In this document: positions 1 through 9,036 of the stretch, one piece after another
How positions within the stretch are numbered: position 1 is the first letter of the stretch
How the letters are laid out: each line of letters starts with the position of its first letter
Assembly: GCA_021793155.1 (NCBI GenBank)
Contig: JAJYTF010000007.1
Location: 16,575-40,574 of the forward strand
Source of the DNA: Pseudomonadota bacterium
GTDB taxonomy: Bacteria; Pseudomonadota; Alphaproteobacteria; Rhodospirillales; Magnetospirillaceae
Direction: 5' to 3'
Length of the DNA stretch: 24,000 nucleotides
Program-made: the position numbers and the translations under genes
Notes under the pieces: generated by a model
The model's database searches: none
Told to the model about the DNA's origin: nothing
What the model saw: only the letters and a program-made list of their open reading frames with translations

Positions 1-189
1 GGCATCCATCACCGCGCGTGCGATGCGCCGAACCGCATCCACTTTTATGCTATCCCCGGACACGGCCCCGTCAAGCAGATCGAGAAAGGCGCGCATGGCC
101 AGGACGACCGCCTCGCGGCAGCGACCACCATGGCGGAGCACCGGCTCTGCCGGCGGACCGGGCTCGGCGTTTTGCTCCGTAGCGTCCAT
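1..189 (-). CDS. 5' end of an unidentified CDS running off the left edge (partial, 63 codons)
   Basis: Absent from the ORF track because it is edge-truncated. A reverse-strand ATG at 189-187 opens a frame with no stop through position 1: MDATEQNAEPGPPAEPVLRHGGRCREAVVLAMRAFLDLLDGAVSGDSIKVDAVRRIARAVMDA. Codons are mostly G/C-ending. The gene diverges from the chemoreceptor gene across an AT-richer spacer. No family recognised. Confidence 0.35.
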   Translation of the reverse strand, partial: MDATEQNAEPGPPAEPVLRHGGRCREAVVLAMRAFLDLLDGAVSGDSIKVDAVRRIARAVMDA

Positions 190-482
190 CCACTCCGTCC
201 CCGCAGCGGGTCGCAGGCCATCCGAATACTCGGCACCCTACCGCCACTTTTGTAAAACCATGCACAAGCGATGTTATCATCACTTGCTGTGCGTTACTAT
301 AGTGGAACGCCGCCCCAATAAATCACCCGGAGCGTGCCGTTCCACATTCGACCTGCATAGGGGATATTCCACCCCTTCATAGATTAGCTTCTTGTGGATT
401 AATACTGTATCGCTTAGGTTTTTGCCTCTTGCGGCCTGCCCTGGGGAGGGGGCCGAAATCTCGGCCTGAGGGAGGCTGCCAC

Positions 483-2645
483 TTGAAGTTGATCGATAGA
501 CTCGCATCGCTGCGCATTGCCGCACGGCTATGGCTGGTTGGAACCGTTCCGCTGATTGGGCTTGGCATCGTGTTCGTGGTGAACGCGGCCGACAATCGTA
601 ACGAGTTGATGGCCTCGCACGAGACCGATCTGCGGCATGTGGTCGAAGCGGCCACCGGGGTGGCCGAGCGGTTTGCCGAAGAGGCGCGGCAGGGGCGTAT
701 GTCCGAAGAGGATGCCAAGGCACAGGCTTTGGCGACCATCCGGCAGATGCGCTACGAGGATGTCGAGTATCTGTGGGTCAACGACATGGGGAAGCCTTAT
801 CCCCGCATCCTCATGCATCCCGTGGCCACGTCGCTGGTGGGCAGGGTGGTGGACGACGCGAAATTCAGTCGTCAGGTCCGGATACGGCCCAGTGGCGCCA
901 AGGCCTACGAGCCGGCCAAGACGATGAATCTGTTCGCGGCCTTCGTGGCGGTGGCCGAGCGCTCCAGCCGGGGATTCGTCGGCTATGACTGGCCCAAGCC
1001 GAAGGAAGGGGGCGGTGCGACCGCGGAAGCCTACCCCAAGATCTCCTTCGTCAAGAACTTCGCGCCATGGGGGTGGGTGATCGGCTCCGGCGTCTACGTC
1101 GATGACGTCGATGCCGCCTTCCACAGGGAACTGGCCCGCCGGGGCATCGTGTTCCTGGTCATCGTCGTCGCCCTGGGTCTGCTCAGCCTGGCCATCGCAC
1201 GCAGCGTGACCGCTGGATTCGCCGCCCTGCATCATGACATCGGTGTCCTGCACGGCGGCCGCAACGACACAAACCTTCGGCTGAGCCCCGAGCGCCGCGA
1301 CGAGTTCGGGCCGGTCGCCGAGGTATTGGCCGAAATGCTGGAAAATCGCCAGCGCCTGGAACGCACCGAAAGTGAACGCCGGCATTTGCAGGAGAAGGCC
1401 GACCTCGACCGCTTCGCCATGCAGCGCACGATGCTGCGTTCGCTCGTGCAGGCGGCGATCCTCGGCAATGAGGCGATGATCGCCCTGGCCAAGATGAAGC
1501 GCGATATCGATCTTTCCTCGAACGAGGTGGACCGCATGGCAACCGCGGTGGACACGGTGCGTGCGTCGATTTCCTCGATTTCCGCCGACAGCACCGACGC
1601 CGCGGAACGCGCCGCCGATGCCGGCGGGGCCGCCGATGTGGGCCTGGATGCCAGCCGCAGCGCTCTTGCCGCCTTCGAACGCATCGTTGCCGCGGTGGAC
1701 AGCGCGGGCGCCAAAGTCCAAAGCCTGGCCGACGCCTCGGCGCAGATCGGGCAGATCATCGGAGAAATCGAGGTGGTCGCCCGGCAGACCAATCTGCTGG
1801 CCTTGAACGCCACCATCGAAGCGGCGCGGGCAGGGGAGGCGGGCAAGGGCTTCGCCGTGGTGGCCGGAGAGGTCAAAGGCCTGGCCAATCACACCACGCG
1901 GGCCACCGAAGACATTCGCGGCCGCATCGAAGTGCTGCAGAACGAAATCGGCTCCATCGTCGAGGCGATCCAGCAAAGCACCACGGCGGTGGCCGAAGGG
2001 CGCTCCCATGTGGATTCACTGGGGCGGCGGCTGGAGGGAATCGCCGAGGAGGTCGGATCGGTCCAGCATCGCATGGCTGATATTTCGACCATGCTCGGAC
2101 ACCAGACCGAGACCACCAACGACCTCGCCGCCGGCAGTGGCCATGTGGTCGAACTGGCTTCCGCCAACAATGGCCAGTTGGGCGAAGTCCTTGACCAGAT
2201 GAGCGCGATGAGCCGGCATCTCGATTCGCAGGTAGCGACCTTCGCCGACATCGGCTCGGCCGCCCTGCTGGCCGAGGTGGCCAAAAACGAGCATATCGCC
2301 TTCAAGCGGCGTGTCGTCGATGCCATGCTGGGGCGCGTCGCCATGAAGGCGGCGGAAATCCTGCCCCACCATGACTGCCGGCTCGGCCAGTGGTGTGACA
2401 GGATCACCGAGCGCCGGATCCTCGACATCCCGGCGTTCAAAGCCATGGATGCGCCGCATGCGGCGGTCCACGACAGCGCCAAGCGGGCGCTGGAACGGGC
2501 CGAGCAGGGCAACATGACCGAGGCGATGGCCGCCCTCGACGAAATGGACCGGGCGTCGCTCAATGTGGTGGAATGCCTGGAGCGGCTGGCTGCGGAACTC
2601 TATTCGATCGAGGAAGGCAAGATCACCTCGGGGGTTTTATCCTAG
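483..2645 (+). CDS. Methyl-accepting chemotaxis protein: periplasmic sCache_2-like sensor, HAMP, MCP signalling domain, C-terminal CZB (chemoreceptor zinc-binding) domain
   Basis: ORF-track frame 429..2645. I prefer the in-frame TTG at 483 because GGAGG (471-475) lies 7 nt upstream. TM helix [18 protein letters not shown]. Cache-type block [33 protein letters not shown]. Second TM, then HAMP. Canonical hairpin tip [37 protein letters not shown]-terminal His/Cys pattern EHIAFKRR...[11 protein letters not shown]...APHAAVHD is typical of CZB. Confidence 0.9.
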   Translation: MKLIDRLASLRIAARLWLVGTVPLIGLGIVFVVNAADNRNELMASHETDLRHVVEAATGVAERFAEEARQGRMSEEDAKAQALATIRQMRYEDVEYLWVNDMGKPYPRILMHPVATSLVGRVVDDAKFSRQVRIRPSGAKAYEPAKTMNLFAAFVAVAERSSRGFVGYDWPKPKEGGGATAEAYPKISFVKNFAPWGWVIGSGVYVDDVDAAFHRELARRGIVFLVIVVALGLLSLAIARSVTAGFAALHHDIGVLHGGRNDTNLRLSPERRDEFGPVAEVLAEMLENRQRLERTESERRHLQEKADLDRFAMQRTMLRSLVQAAILGNEAMIALAKMKRDIDLSSNEVDRMATAVDTVRASISSISADSTDAAERAADAGGAADVGLDASRSALAAFERIVAAVDSAGAKVQSLADASAQIGQIIGEIEVVARQTNLLALNATIEAARAGEAGKGFAVVAGEVKGLANHTTRATEDIRGRIEVLQNEIGSIVEAIQQSTTAVAEGRSHVDSLGRRLEGIAEEVGSVQHRMADISTMLGHQTETTNDLAAGSGHVVELASANNGQLGEVLDQMSAMSRHLDSQVATFADIGSAALLAEVAKNEHIAFKRRVVDAMLGRVAMKAAEILPHHDCRLGQWCDRITERRILDIPAFKAMDAPHAAVHDSAKRALERAEQGNMTEAMAALDEMDRASLNVVECLERLAAELYSIEEGKITSGVLS

Positions 2646-2654
2646 TGGTCCGAT

Positions 2655-2681
2655 CCTGACGCTTGATTCCCAAGCGTCAGG
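2655..2681. terminator. Stem-loop (11-bp perfect stem, 5-nt loop) just after the MCP stop codon
   Basis: CCTGACGCTTG (2655-2665), loop ATTCC, CAAGCGTCAGG (2671-2681). It starts 10 nt after the stop at 2645. No U-tract follows, so intrinsic-terminator function is inferred only from position between convergent genes. Confidence 0.4.
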
Positions 2682-2708
2682 TGAATCGGCCCACCAACTG
2701 ATTGGATT

Positions 2709-2760
2709 GTGGGGAGAATCTGACGGATGGTGTCGGCACCATCCGTCAGATTCTCCCCAC
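2709..2760. repeat. 52-nt perfect palindrome (24-bp stem, 4-nt loop) between convergent genes; possible bidirectional terminator or REP-like element
   Basis: GTGGGGAGAATCTGACGGATGGTG (2709-2732), loop TCGG, CACCATCCGTCAGATTCTCCCCAC (2737-2760). The arms are exact reverse complements. No T-tract on either side. The structure is certain; the function is not. Confidence 0.6.
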
Positions 2761-2797
2761 TAGCCCCGCCCGGCGAGGGACAGGAGCCGAACCTACC

Positions 2798-3787
2798 CTA
2801 TTTTCTTCCGGACATCTGCCGGGCGAACGCCCGGCCACCGGGCCGCAAAGAGCCGTCCTCATTGAACAGCGATACCGCATCCGGCGCGTCCAGGCTGTAC
2901 CAGATCGCCACTTTCAAACGAGACGCGAAGGCGGCGCGCAGCAACGGGCGGACATAGGCCGGATCGGCATCCCACGGCCGCTGGCGGATTTCGTTGGACA
3001 TCGCCGGCTTGCCGGACAGGCGCGACAGCAGATCGGCCGTCGTCGCCAGGGCCGCGGCGTCGTGGCTGCACCAATGGAAATTGAGCGCGTCGATTGGCGC
3101 GGCGCGGTACACGGCGATCAGCCGGTCGGCGTTGGCCAGCATCCGCGCCCGCAAGTCGGCTGGGACCTCCTGGCTGGCCCGGTAGCCGCACAGGGCGGCG
3201 CCGGCTTGTGGATCGCCTTCGCTGTAGAAGGCGGCCCGGGCGAACTCGCAGGCCTGGGCGACCTTGCCTTCGTCGAGCAGGGAGAGCCATGTCAGTGATG
3301 CCGCCGCCTCGGCTGACAGGCCGCCGTTGGTGCAGGCGATACCGCGGGCATGGGCCAGCGCGCAGCCGGCTGCCAGGCGGGCGGCGTAGAGTTCGGGTGC
3401 CGCCGCGAAACGGGGCGACAGGTTCTCTTCGCTTTCGATCACCAGGACGGCCGGCTTCCAAGTATCCAGGATGGAGGCGAGAATGGCTCGATAGGCATCC
3501 TCGTCCAATGGCTGGCCGACCTGGTTGTCACTGCGCACCGTCAACACAATGTTCAATCCCAGATGGCTCAATGCCGCGCAGTCGGGGCAGGACCCGCCCA
3601 GGCGCCAGCGGTCGGCGCGAACCGCCGGGGGACGGAACCAGGCGGCGCCGATGCCGGCTGTTCGCGCGGCCAGGAGGGACAACGGCTCGCCACCCGTGGG
3701 CCATAGCATGAGACCAAACGGATTGTCGGCCAGGGCAGGCCGGACGCCAGTAAGCAGAAGAAGGAAGGCGAACCATAGTCTTTGCAT
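2798..3787 (-). CDS. Secreted hypothetical protein (Sec signal peptide); weak clan GH-A / TIM-barrel glycosidase-like motif pattern
   Basis: 329-aa ORF with signal peptide MQRLWFAFLLLLTGVRPALA|DNP and high GC3. Candidate acid/base region VLVIESEENL, then NFHW, then candidate nucleophile region GKPAMSNEIRQ. The order resembles GH-A enzymes, but the canonical NEP motif is not present. No family confidently recognised. Confidence 0.65.
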   Translation of the reverse strand: MQRLWFAFLLLLTGVRPALADNPFGLMLWPTGGEPLSLLAARTAGIGAAWFRPPAVRADRWRLGGSCPDCAALSHLGLNIVLTVRSDNQVGQPLDEDAYRAILASILDTWKPAVLVIESEENLSPRFAAAPELYAARLAAGCALAHARGIACTNGGLSAEAAASLTWLSLLDEGKVAQACEFARAAFYSEGDPQAGAALCGYRASQEVPADLRARMLANADRLIAVYRAAPIDALNFHWCSHDAAALATTADLLSRLSGKPAMSNEIRQRPWDADPAYVRPLLRAAFASRLKVAIWYSLDAPDAVSLFNEDGSLRPGGRAFARQMSGRK

Positions 3788-3922
3788 CGAGCGGGATCAT
3801 GCGGGCAAACGGCCGGTCGAGCAAGGCGGGGAAAAAGTTGGGCCGAAAGCGCAAGGGCGCCTTGCATCCGCGGCCTGTTTCCGCGAAAAGAGAGTGCCTT
3901 CCACCAGCCGGGAGAAATATTG

Positions 3923-4930
3923 GTGGACACCGTAGTTTTGCCGGGCCGGGATGCCCTTTCCGAACAGCGGATCGATCCCAGCCTCGACCTTTACGCCGAG
4001 ATCGAGCGGCTGCGCCGTGAGCGCAACGCCGTCATCCTGGCCCATTACTATCAGGACGGCGAATTGCAGGATCTTGCCGACTTCGTCGGCGATTCGCTGG
4101 ACCTGTCGCGCAAAGCGGCCGGCACCGACGCTGAGGTGATCGTTTTCCTTGGCGTCAGGTTCATGGCCGAAGTGGCGAAGATCGTCAGCCCGCAGAAGAC
4201 CGTCCTGTTGCCGGACGTGGAGGCCGGCTGCTCGCTCGAAGATTCCTGCCGGCCGGAACCGTTCGCCAGGTTCCGGCGGGAACATCCGGACCATCTGGCG
4301 GTCACCTACATCAATTGCTCGGCCGAAGTGAAGGCGCTGTCCGACGTGATCGTCACCTCGTCCAATGCCGAGACTATTTTGAACCAGTTGCCCAAGGACC
4401 GCCCGGTTCTGTTTGCTCCCGACCGTCATCTCGGCGCCTATCTGGCGAAGAAGACCGGCCGCGAGATGACGCTGTGGCCTGGCAGCTGCATCGTCCACGA
4501 GCAATTTTCCGAGCGCGAGCTGGTCAAGCTCAAAGTGCAGCATCCGAAAGCCCTGGTCGCCGCGCATCCGGAATGCCCCGAGATGATCCTACGGGAAGCC
4601 GACCATGTCGGCTCGACCCGATCGATCCTGGATTTCGTTCTGGCCAGCCCGGCGCAGGAATTCATCATCGCCACCGAGCCGCACATCATCCACCAGATGG
4701 AAAAGGCGGCGCCGGCCAAGACCTTCTTTCCCGCACCGGGAATGGACGGCGCCTGCGATTGCGCCCGTTGCCCGTTCATGGCGAAGAACACCTTGGAAAA
4801 GCTGTACCTATGCCTGGTCAATGGTGCGCCGCGCGTCGAGATGCCGGAGGACCTGAGGCTGGCCGCGCTGAAGCCGCTGCAACGCATGCTGGACATGTCG
4901 GTGTCGGTGAATGTCCGTCCCGCCCCCTGA
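3923..4930 (+). CDS. nadA: Quinolinate synthase NadA
   Basis: Track ORF 3782..4930. The conserved NadA sequence begins near LYAEIERLRRERNAVILAHYYQ...DFVGDSL..., and Cys-containing motifs (GCSLEDSC, CSAEVK, CIVHEQF, HPECP) follow. I place the start at GTG 3923 (or TTG 3920), with GGGAGA at 3910-3915. The upstream 47 codons look non-coding. Confidence 0.92.
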   Translation: MDTVVLPGRDALSEQRIDPSLDLYAEIERLRRERNAVILAHYYQDGELQDLADFVGDSLDLSRKAAGTDAEVIVFLGVRFMAEVAKIVSPQKTVLLPDVEAGCSLEDSCRPEPFARFRREHPDHLAVTYINCSAEVKALSDVIVTSSNAETILNQLPKDRPVLFAPDRHLGAYLAKKTGREMTLWPGSCIVHEQFSERELVKLKVQHPKALVAAHPECPEMILREADHVGSTRSILDFVLASPAQEFIIATEPHIIHQMEKAAPAKTFFPAPGMDGACDCARCPFMAKNTLEKLYLCLVNGAPRVEMPEDLRLAALKPLQRMLDMSVSVNVRPAP

Positions 4931-5777
4931 TCTGGCCGCTCATCCTGATCTGGCCGCTCATATCGACCGGCTGATCGACGCGGCGTTGGCTGAGGACATC
5001 GGGCCGGGTGACGTCACAAGCGGTTCGGTCATTCCCGAAGGACTGCGGTTCCGCGGCGTCATGGCAGCGCGCGAGGACATGGTGGTCGCCGGCCTGCCGT
5101 TCGCCGCCCAGGTGTTTCACCGGGTGGTGCCGGAAGCGGGCGTGGAACTGGCGGTCGCCGACGGAGACAAGGTTGCCGCCGGCACCATCCTTGCCCGGCT
5201 CGAAGGGCCTGCCCGCGGCATGCTGACCGCCGAGCGGACGGCATTGAATCTGCTCCAGCACCTGTCAGGCATCGCCACCCTGACCCGCACCTATGTGGAT
5301 GCCATGGCCGGCACCGGCGCGACCCTGCTGGACACCCGAAAGACCATCCCCGGGCTGCGGCTCGCCGCCAAATATGCCACCCGCATGGGCGGTGCCCGCA
5401 ACCACCGTATGGGCCTTTATGACGGCGTACTGATCAAGGACAATCACATCGCCGTCTGCGGCTCGGTGGCCGAGGCCGCGCGCCGAGCGAAGCAAGCCGG
5501 TACCGGCGAGGTGGAAGTCGAATGCGACACACTGGACCAGGTGGCTGAGGCGGTGGCGGCCGGCGCCGACATCATTCTGCTCGACAACATGGCTCCACCG
5601 GTCCTGCGGCAGGCGGTCGCTCTGGTCGCCGGCCGCGCCAGGACCGAGGCGTCGGGCGGGGTCAATTTGGATACCATCCGGGCCATAGCCGAGACCGGGG
5701 TGGATTTCGTCTCGGTGGGGCGGCTGACCCAGTCCGCCCGCGCCGTGGATATCGGCCTTGACTGGAATGCCGAGTGA
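4911..5777 (+). CDS. nadC: Nicotinate-nucleotide pyrophosphorylase (quinolinate phosphoribosyltransferase) NadC
   Basis: 288 aa. Motifs [49 protein letters not shown] and EASGG are typical of NadC. The ATG at 4911 directly follows an in-frame TGA and overlaps the nadA 3' end by 20 nt. Confidence 0.9.
   Translation: MSVPPPDLAAHPDLAAHIDRLIDAALAEDIGPGDVTSGSVIPEGLRFRGVMAAREDMVVAGLPFAAQVFHRVVPEAGVELAVADGDKVAAGTILARLEGPARGMLTAERTALNLLQHLSGIATLTRTYVDAMAGTGATLLDTRKTIPGLRLAAKYATRMGGARNHRMGLYDGVLIKDNHIAVCGSVAEAARRAKQAGTGEVEVECDTLDQVAEAVAAGADIILLDNMAPPVLRQAVALVAGRARTEASGGVNLDTIRAIAETGVDFVSVGRLTQSARAVDIGLDWNAE
4926..4961 (+). repeat. Perfect 18-bp tandem duplication (2 copies) spanning the nadA stop and nadC codons 6-17
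   Basis: CCTGATCTGGCCGCTCAT at 4926-4943 is repeated exactly at 4944-4961. It encodes [12 protein letters not shown] in NadC. The nadA TGA (4928-4930) lies in copy 1, and a second in-frame TGA lies in copy 2. Confidence 0.95.
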
Positions 5778-7420
5778 TGAGTGGTTCTCCTTCCTATGAC
5801 GTCCTGGTGGTCGGTAGCGGTGCCGCCGGCCTGACCGTTGCCCTGCAGTTGGCGCCGAAGGCGCGGGTAGCCTTGTTGTCGAAGGGCGATCTGGCGGAAA
5901 GCAGCACCTTGCATGCCCAAGGCGGGATAGCCGCGGTGCTGGACGCCACCGATTCGACTGAGTTCCACATCGCCGATACGCTGGTGGCCGGCGCCGGATT
6001 GTGCGATGCGGATGTGGTCCGGTTTGTCGTCGAAAACGCCCGCGAAGCGATTTCACGGTTGATCGGCTATGGCGTCAATTTCGACCGCGAAGAGGCTGCC
6101 GGCTCGGGCAATGGCGACGAAGAACCCCATTACCACCTGACGCGCGAGGGCGGACACAGCCACCGCCGGATCATCCATGCCGCCGACGCCACCGGCCGCG
6201 CCGTCGAAACGACCCTGGAACAGCGAGCGCGGGAAACCGCCAACCTGGACATCTTCGAGCACCAGTTGGCGATCGACGCCTTGCGTGAAAAGGATGCCAT
6301 GGGCAAGCGCGGGCGCTGCGTCGGTGTCTACGCTCTGGACCGCCGGAGCGGGCAGGTGCAGTTGTTCCGCGCCAAGGCGGTGGTGGTCGCCACCGGCGGC
6401 GCCAGCAAGGTGTACCTCTACTCCTCCAATCCCGACGGCTGTACCGGCGACGGCATCGCCATGGCCTGGCGGGCCGGCTGCCGCGTCGCCAACCTGGAGT
6501 TCATGCAGTTCCACCCGACCGTGCTCTACCATCCGCAGGCCAAATCCTTCCTCATTTCGGAAGCGGTGCGCGGCGAGGGGGGACGGCTCCTGCTGCCGAC
6601 CACCGGCGAACGCTTCATGCCGCGCTTCGACCAGCGCGGCGAACTGGCGCCGCGCGACGTCGTGGCCCGGGCCATCGACCATGAGATGAAGCGGCTCGGC
6701 CTCGACTATGTCCATCTCGACATCAGCCACCAGCCGGCCGAGTTCATCACCGCCCATTTCCCGACCATCCATGCGAAATGCCTGGAGCACGGCATCGACA
6801 TCACCCGCGAGCCGATTCCGGTTGTTCCCGCCGCGCATTATACCTGCGGCGGCGTGATGACCGACAAGCGCGGCCGCACCGACGTACCCGGCCTTTACGT
6901 GGTGGGCGAGGCAGCGTTCACCGGCCTGCACGGGGCCAACCGCATGGCCAGTAACTCGCTGCTTGAATGCCTGGTCTACGGCGCGGCGGCGGCCGAGGAT
7001 ATTCTCGCGCGCCTGCCGACCCTGCCCGAGCCGGGTGAACTGCCGGCCTGGGACGAGAGCTGGGTCACCAATTCGGACGAAGAGGTCGTGGTTTCCCACA
7101 ACTGGGAGGAACTGCGCCGCTTCATGTGGGACTATGTGGGCATCGTGCGGACGACCAAACGGCTGGAGCGCGCCCAGCACCGGATCGACCTGCTGCTGTC
7201 CGAGATCGATGAATATTACGGATCATTCCGGGTGACCAACGATCTTCTCGAACTGCGCAACCTGGCCTTGGTGGCCAAGCTGATCATCCGCTCGGCTTTG
7301 GCCCGCCGGGAAAGTCGCGGGCTGCACTATACCCTGGACTTCCCCTATCCGGATCCCGTCGCTGCGCCCCAGAACACCATCCTGACGCCCAAGCGCTTCC
7401 GCCTGCCGCCGACGGACTGA
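5774..7420 (+). CDS. nadB: L-aspartate oxidase NadB
   Basis: 548 aa. FAD-binding N-terminus [12 protein letters not shown]. Fumarate-reductase/succinate-dehydrogenase-family motifs AQGGIAA, HPT, RGEGG, HY.CGGV and SNSLLE. The start (GTG 5774 or ATG 5777) overlaps the nadC stop, which suggests translational coupling. Confidence 0.93.
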   Translation: MMSGSPSYDVLVVGSGAAGLTVALQLAPKARVALLSKGDLAESSTLHAQGGIAAVLDATDSTEFHIADTLVAGAGLCDADVVRFVVENAREAISRLIGYGVNFDREEAAGSGNGDEEPHYHLTREGGHSHRRIIHAADATGRAVETTLEQRARETANLDIFEHQLAIDALREKDAMGKRGRCVGVYALDRRSGQVQLFRAKAVVVATGGASKVYLYSSNPDGCTGDGIAMAWRAGCRVANLEFMQFHPTVLYHPQAKSFLISEAVRGEGGRLLLPTTGERFMPRFDQRGELAPRDVVARAIDHEMKRLGLDYVHLDISHQPAEFITAHFPTIHAKCLEHGIDITREPIPVVPAAHYTCGGVMTDKRGRTDVPGLYVVGEAAFTGLHGANRMASNSLLECLVYGAAAAEDILARLPTLPEPGELPAWDESWVTNSDEEVVVSHNWEELRRFMWDYVGIVRTTKRLERAQHRIDLLLSEIDEYYGSFRVTNDLLELRNLALVAKLIIRSALARRESRGLHYTLDFPYPDPVAAPQNTILTPKRFRLPPTD

Positions 7421-7434
7421 ACGGTTTCCGCAAC

Positions 7435-9036
7435 TCATCGTCCGCCCGCCGTTCCACCCTCGGCCGTGCGCCCGGCGATCAGCGCCTCGGGATGGCGGTC
7501 GAGGTAGTCGGCCAGTTCGCGGATCGATCGGGCGGCACCTGACAGTTCCTCGATGGCACGAGGTATGTTGCGGTCCTGCTCGGCACCGCTGCCGCCCAGG
7601 ACGGCGTCGGCCGATGCCAGCGCTTCGTCTACCCTGGAAAGGCTGCGCCTGACCTGTGGCGAGGACACCAGCCCATCCACATGGCGAGCGGTGCGGCGGA
7701 CCTCCTGGCCGATTTCGGCGATGGGCATCGCCTCGACTTTCGCCATAACAGCGTGAACTTGCCGGGCTATTTCCTGGATCTCGCCCGAAGGAGCCGTGGG
7801 GATCTCAGGCTCGGCTCCGGCGCGATTCAATGCGGCCGGCCCTGCATCTTGGGGGAAGTCCAGCACCACCGTCTTGCCGCCGATCAACGGCGTGCTGCGC
7901 TCAAGCCGCGCCCTCAGCCCTTCGCGGACCAGCCTGTCCATGGCTTCCGTGACCAGGGGTGACCAGTTTCCGTCCGGGGGCGGAGAGCCGTCGACCACAT
8001 GCAACCGGTCCGGCTCGACCTCGATGGTCACCGGCGTCTGCAATGCGCTCGATCGGACGTCGTATGCGAGGCTGACGCCGGTGACCCGGCCCACCCGGAA
8101 ACCCTTCAGCGTTACGGGAGCCCCCGGTGAAAGATCGCCTACCGCCCCGTCGAAGCGGACCAGGAAGGCCACTTGCGGCCCGATTGGCGCCGCATCGGCC
8201 GCTGCCTTGTCATGGTACAAGGGAAACTGCGCCCCCCATTTGACGGGGGGCTCGCCCTGCGCGGAGCCGGGCGTATCGAAGGCCACTCCGCCGAACAGCA
8301 CGGCCGGGAGCGGCGCCAGATTTGCCGTGACACCGTGGCCACCAGCCGATATCTGCACGGCATCCTCTTTCCAGAACTGCGTCCGGCTGGTGACCAGGCG
8401 GTCGAAAGGCGCATGCACGAAGGCGGTGATCTTGAATCCCTTGCCGTCGGCGGCAAGGTCGGTGTGCTCTATCTTGCCGGCCTCCATGCCGCGGTAATCG
8501 ATGATCGCGCCGGCCTTCAGCGCCCCCTCCGTGCTGCTGTGCAATGTCAGTTCCACCCCGGGCGTTCCCGACAGAACCTGCGGCTGCCGGTCGAGTCCGG
8601 TGAAATGCCGGGTTGGCTTGCCCTGGCCCGGATCCATGGCGAGATGGGGCCCGGTGACCACCGATTTCAGGGAGCTAAGATCCGAGAAGTCGGGCTTGGC
8701 GCCGGCGATCCAAAAACGCGTGCCCTCGCGCAAGGCTTGCAGGACGTCGTGGCGGAGCCGTACGGTAACGATCACGTGGCCGAGGTCCTTGGCCAATTGC
8801 ACCGAGGTCACCTGACCCACCACCATTCCCCGATAGATCAGCTTGGTGTCGTCGGCCTTCACCCCTTCCGCCTGGGGAAAGACAATGGTGATCTCCGGCC
8901 CTTCTTGGGCGAAATGGCGGATGATCAGCCAGACGACGATGCCCAGCACGGCAAGCGGCAGCGCCCAGATCCAGCCCGGCCACCGGGTCCGGCGGAAGGC
9001 GGCTTCGGTCCGTCTTTCCTCGCCCGCATCACCCAT
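7435..9036 (-). CDS. pqiB: PqiB-like MCE-domain intermembrane transport protein
   Basis: 533 aa. N-terminal TM anchor WIWALPLAVLGIVVWLII, then repeated MlaD/MCE-like beta-barrel segments (e.g. LIYRGMVVGQVTSV, IDYRGMEAGKI, LKGFRVGRVTGV), then a long helical C-terminal region. The start overlaps the pqiA stop by 8 nt (ATGGGTGA). Confidence 0.85.
   Translation of the reverse strand: MGDAGEERRTEAAFRRTRWPGWIWALPLAVLGIVVWLIIRHFAQEGPEITIVFPQAEGVKADDTKLIYRGMVVGQVTSVQLAKDLGHVIVTVRLRHDVLQALREGTRFWIAGAKPDFSDLSSLKSVVTGPHLAMDPGQGKPTRHFTGLDRQPQVLSGTPGVELTLHSSTEGALKAGAIIDYRGMEAGKIEHTDLAADGKGFKITAFVHAPFDRLVTSRTQFWKEDAVQISAGGHGVTANLAPLPAVLFGGVAFDTPGSAQGEPPVKWGAQFPLYHDKAAADAAPIGPQVAFLVRFDGAVGDLSPGAPVTLKGFRVGRVTGVSLAYDVRSSALQTPVTIEVEPDRLHVVDGSPPPDGNWSPLVTEAMDRLVREGLRARLERSTPLIGGKTVVLDFPQDAGPAALNRAGAEPEIPTAPSGEIQEIARQVHAVMAKVEAMPIAEIGQEVRRTARHVDGLVSSPQVRRSLSRVDEALASADAVLGGSGAEQDRNIPRAIEELSGAARSIRELADYLDRHPEALIAGRTAEGGTAGGR

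Noticed and set aside
23-382. ORFs 23..382(+), 45..236(-), 71..283(-) and 280..723(-) at the left end.
   Set aside because: The translations are low-complexity and Arg/Pro-rich and span the AT-rich spacer. The unlisted edge-truncated minus frame (1..189) has better codon bias and is the only one I report, at low confidence.
528-2009. Long ORFs antisense to real genes: 528..2009(-), 6053..7180(-), 10570..11904(+), 14352..15776(+), 18773..19636(+), 20092..20982(+), 13224..13994(-), 13321..14091(-), 22405..23184(-) and many shorter ones.
   Set aside because: These are typical stop-codon-poor shadow frames of a high-GC genome. Their translations are Arg/Pro/Gly/Ala-rich with no recognisable motifs, and each lies opposite a gene with strong family signatures.
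3830-3882. Three nested short stems in the nadA leader (GGAAA/TTTCC 3830-3834 with 3878-3882; GGCCG/CGGCC 3841-3845 with 3871-3875; GCAAGG/CCTTGC 3851-3856 with 3860-3865). Considered as a possible NAD-responsive riboswitch or NadQ/NrtR operator.
   Set aside because: The stems are only 5-6 bp in GC-rich DNA, so they are easily produced by chance. I see no resemblance to the conserved cores of the known NAD+ riboswitch classes as I recall them. It would need covariation evidence from orthologous leaders.
3782-3922. N-terminal 47-codon extension of the nadA ORF (MHRAGSCGQTAGRARRGKSW...).
   Set aside because: It does not resemble a NadA N-terminus. A GTG/TTG with a GGGAGA SD at 3910-3915 gives a normal-length protein, so the extension is probably promoter or leader DNA shared with the divergent gene.
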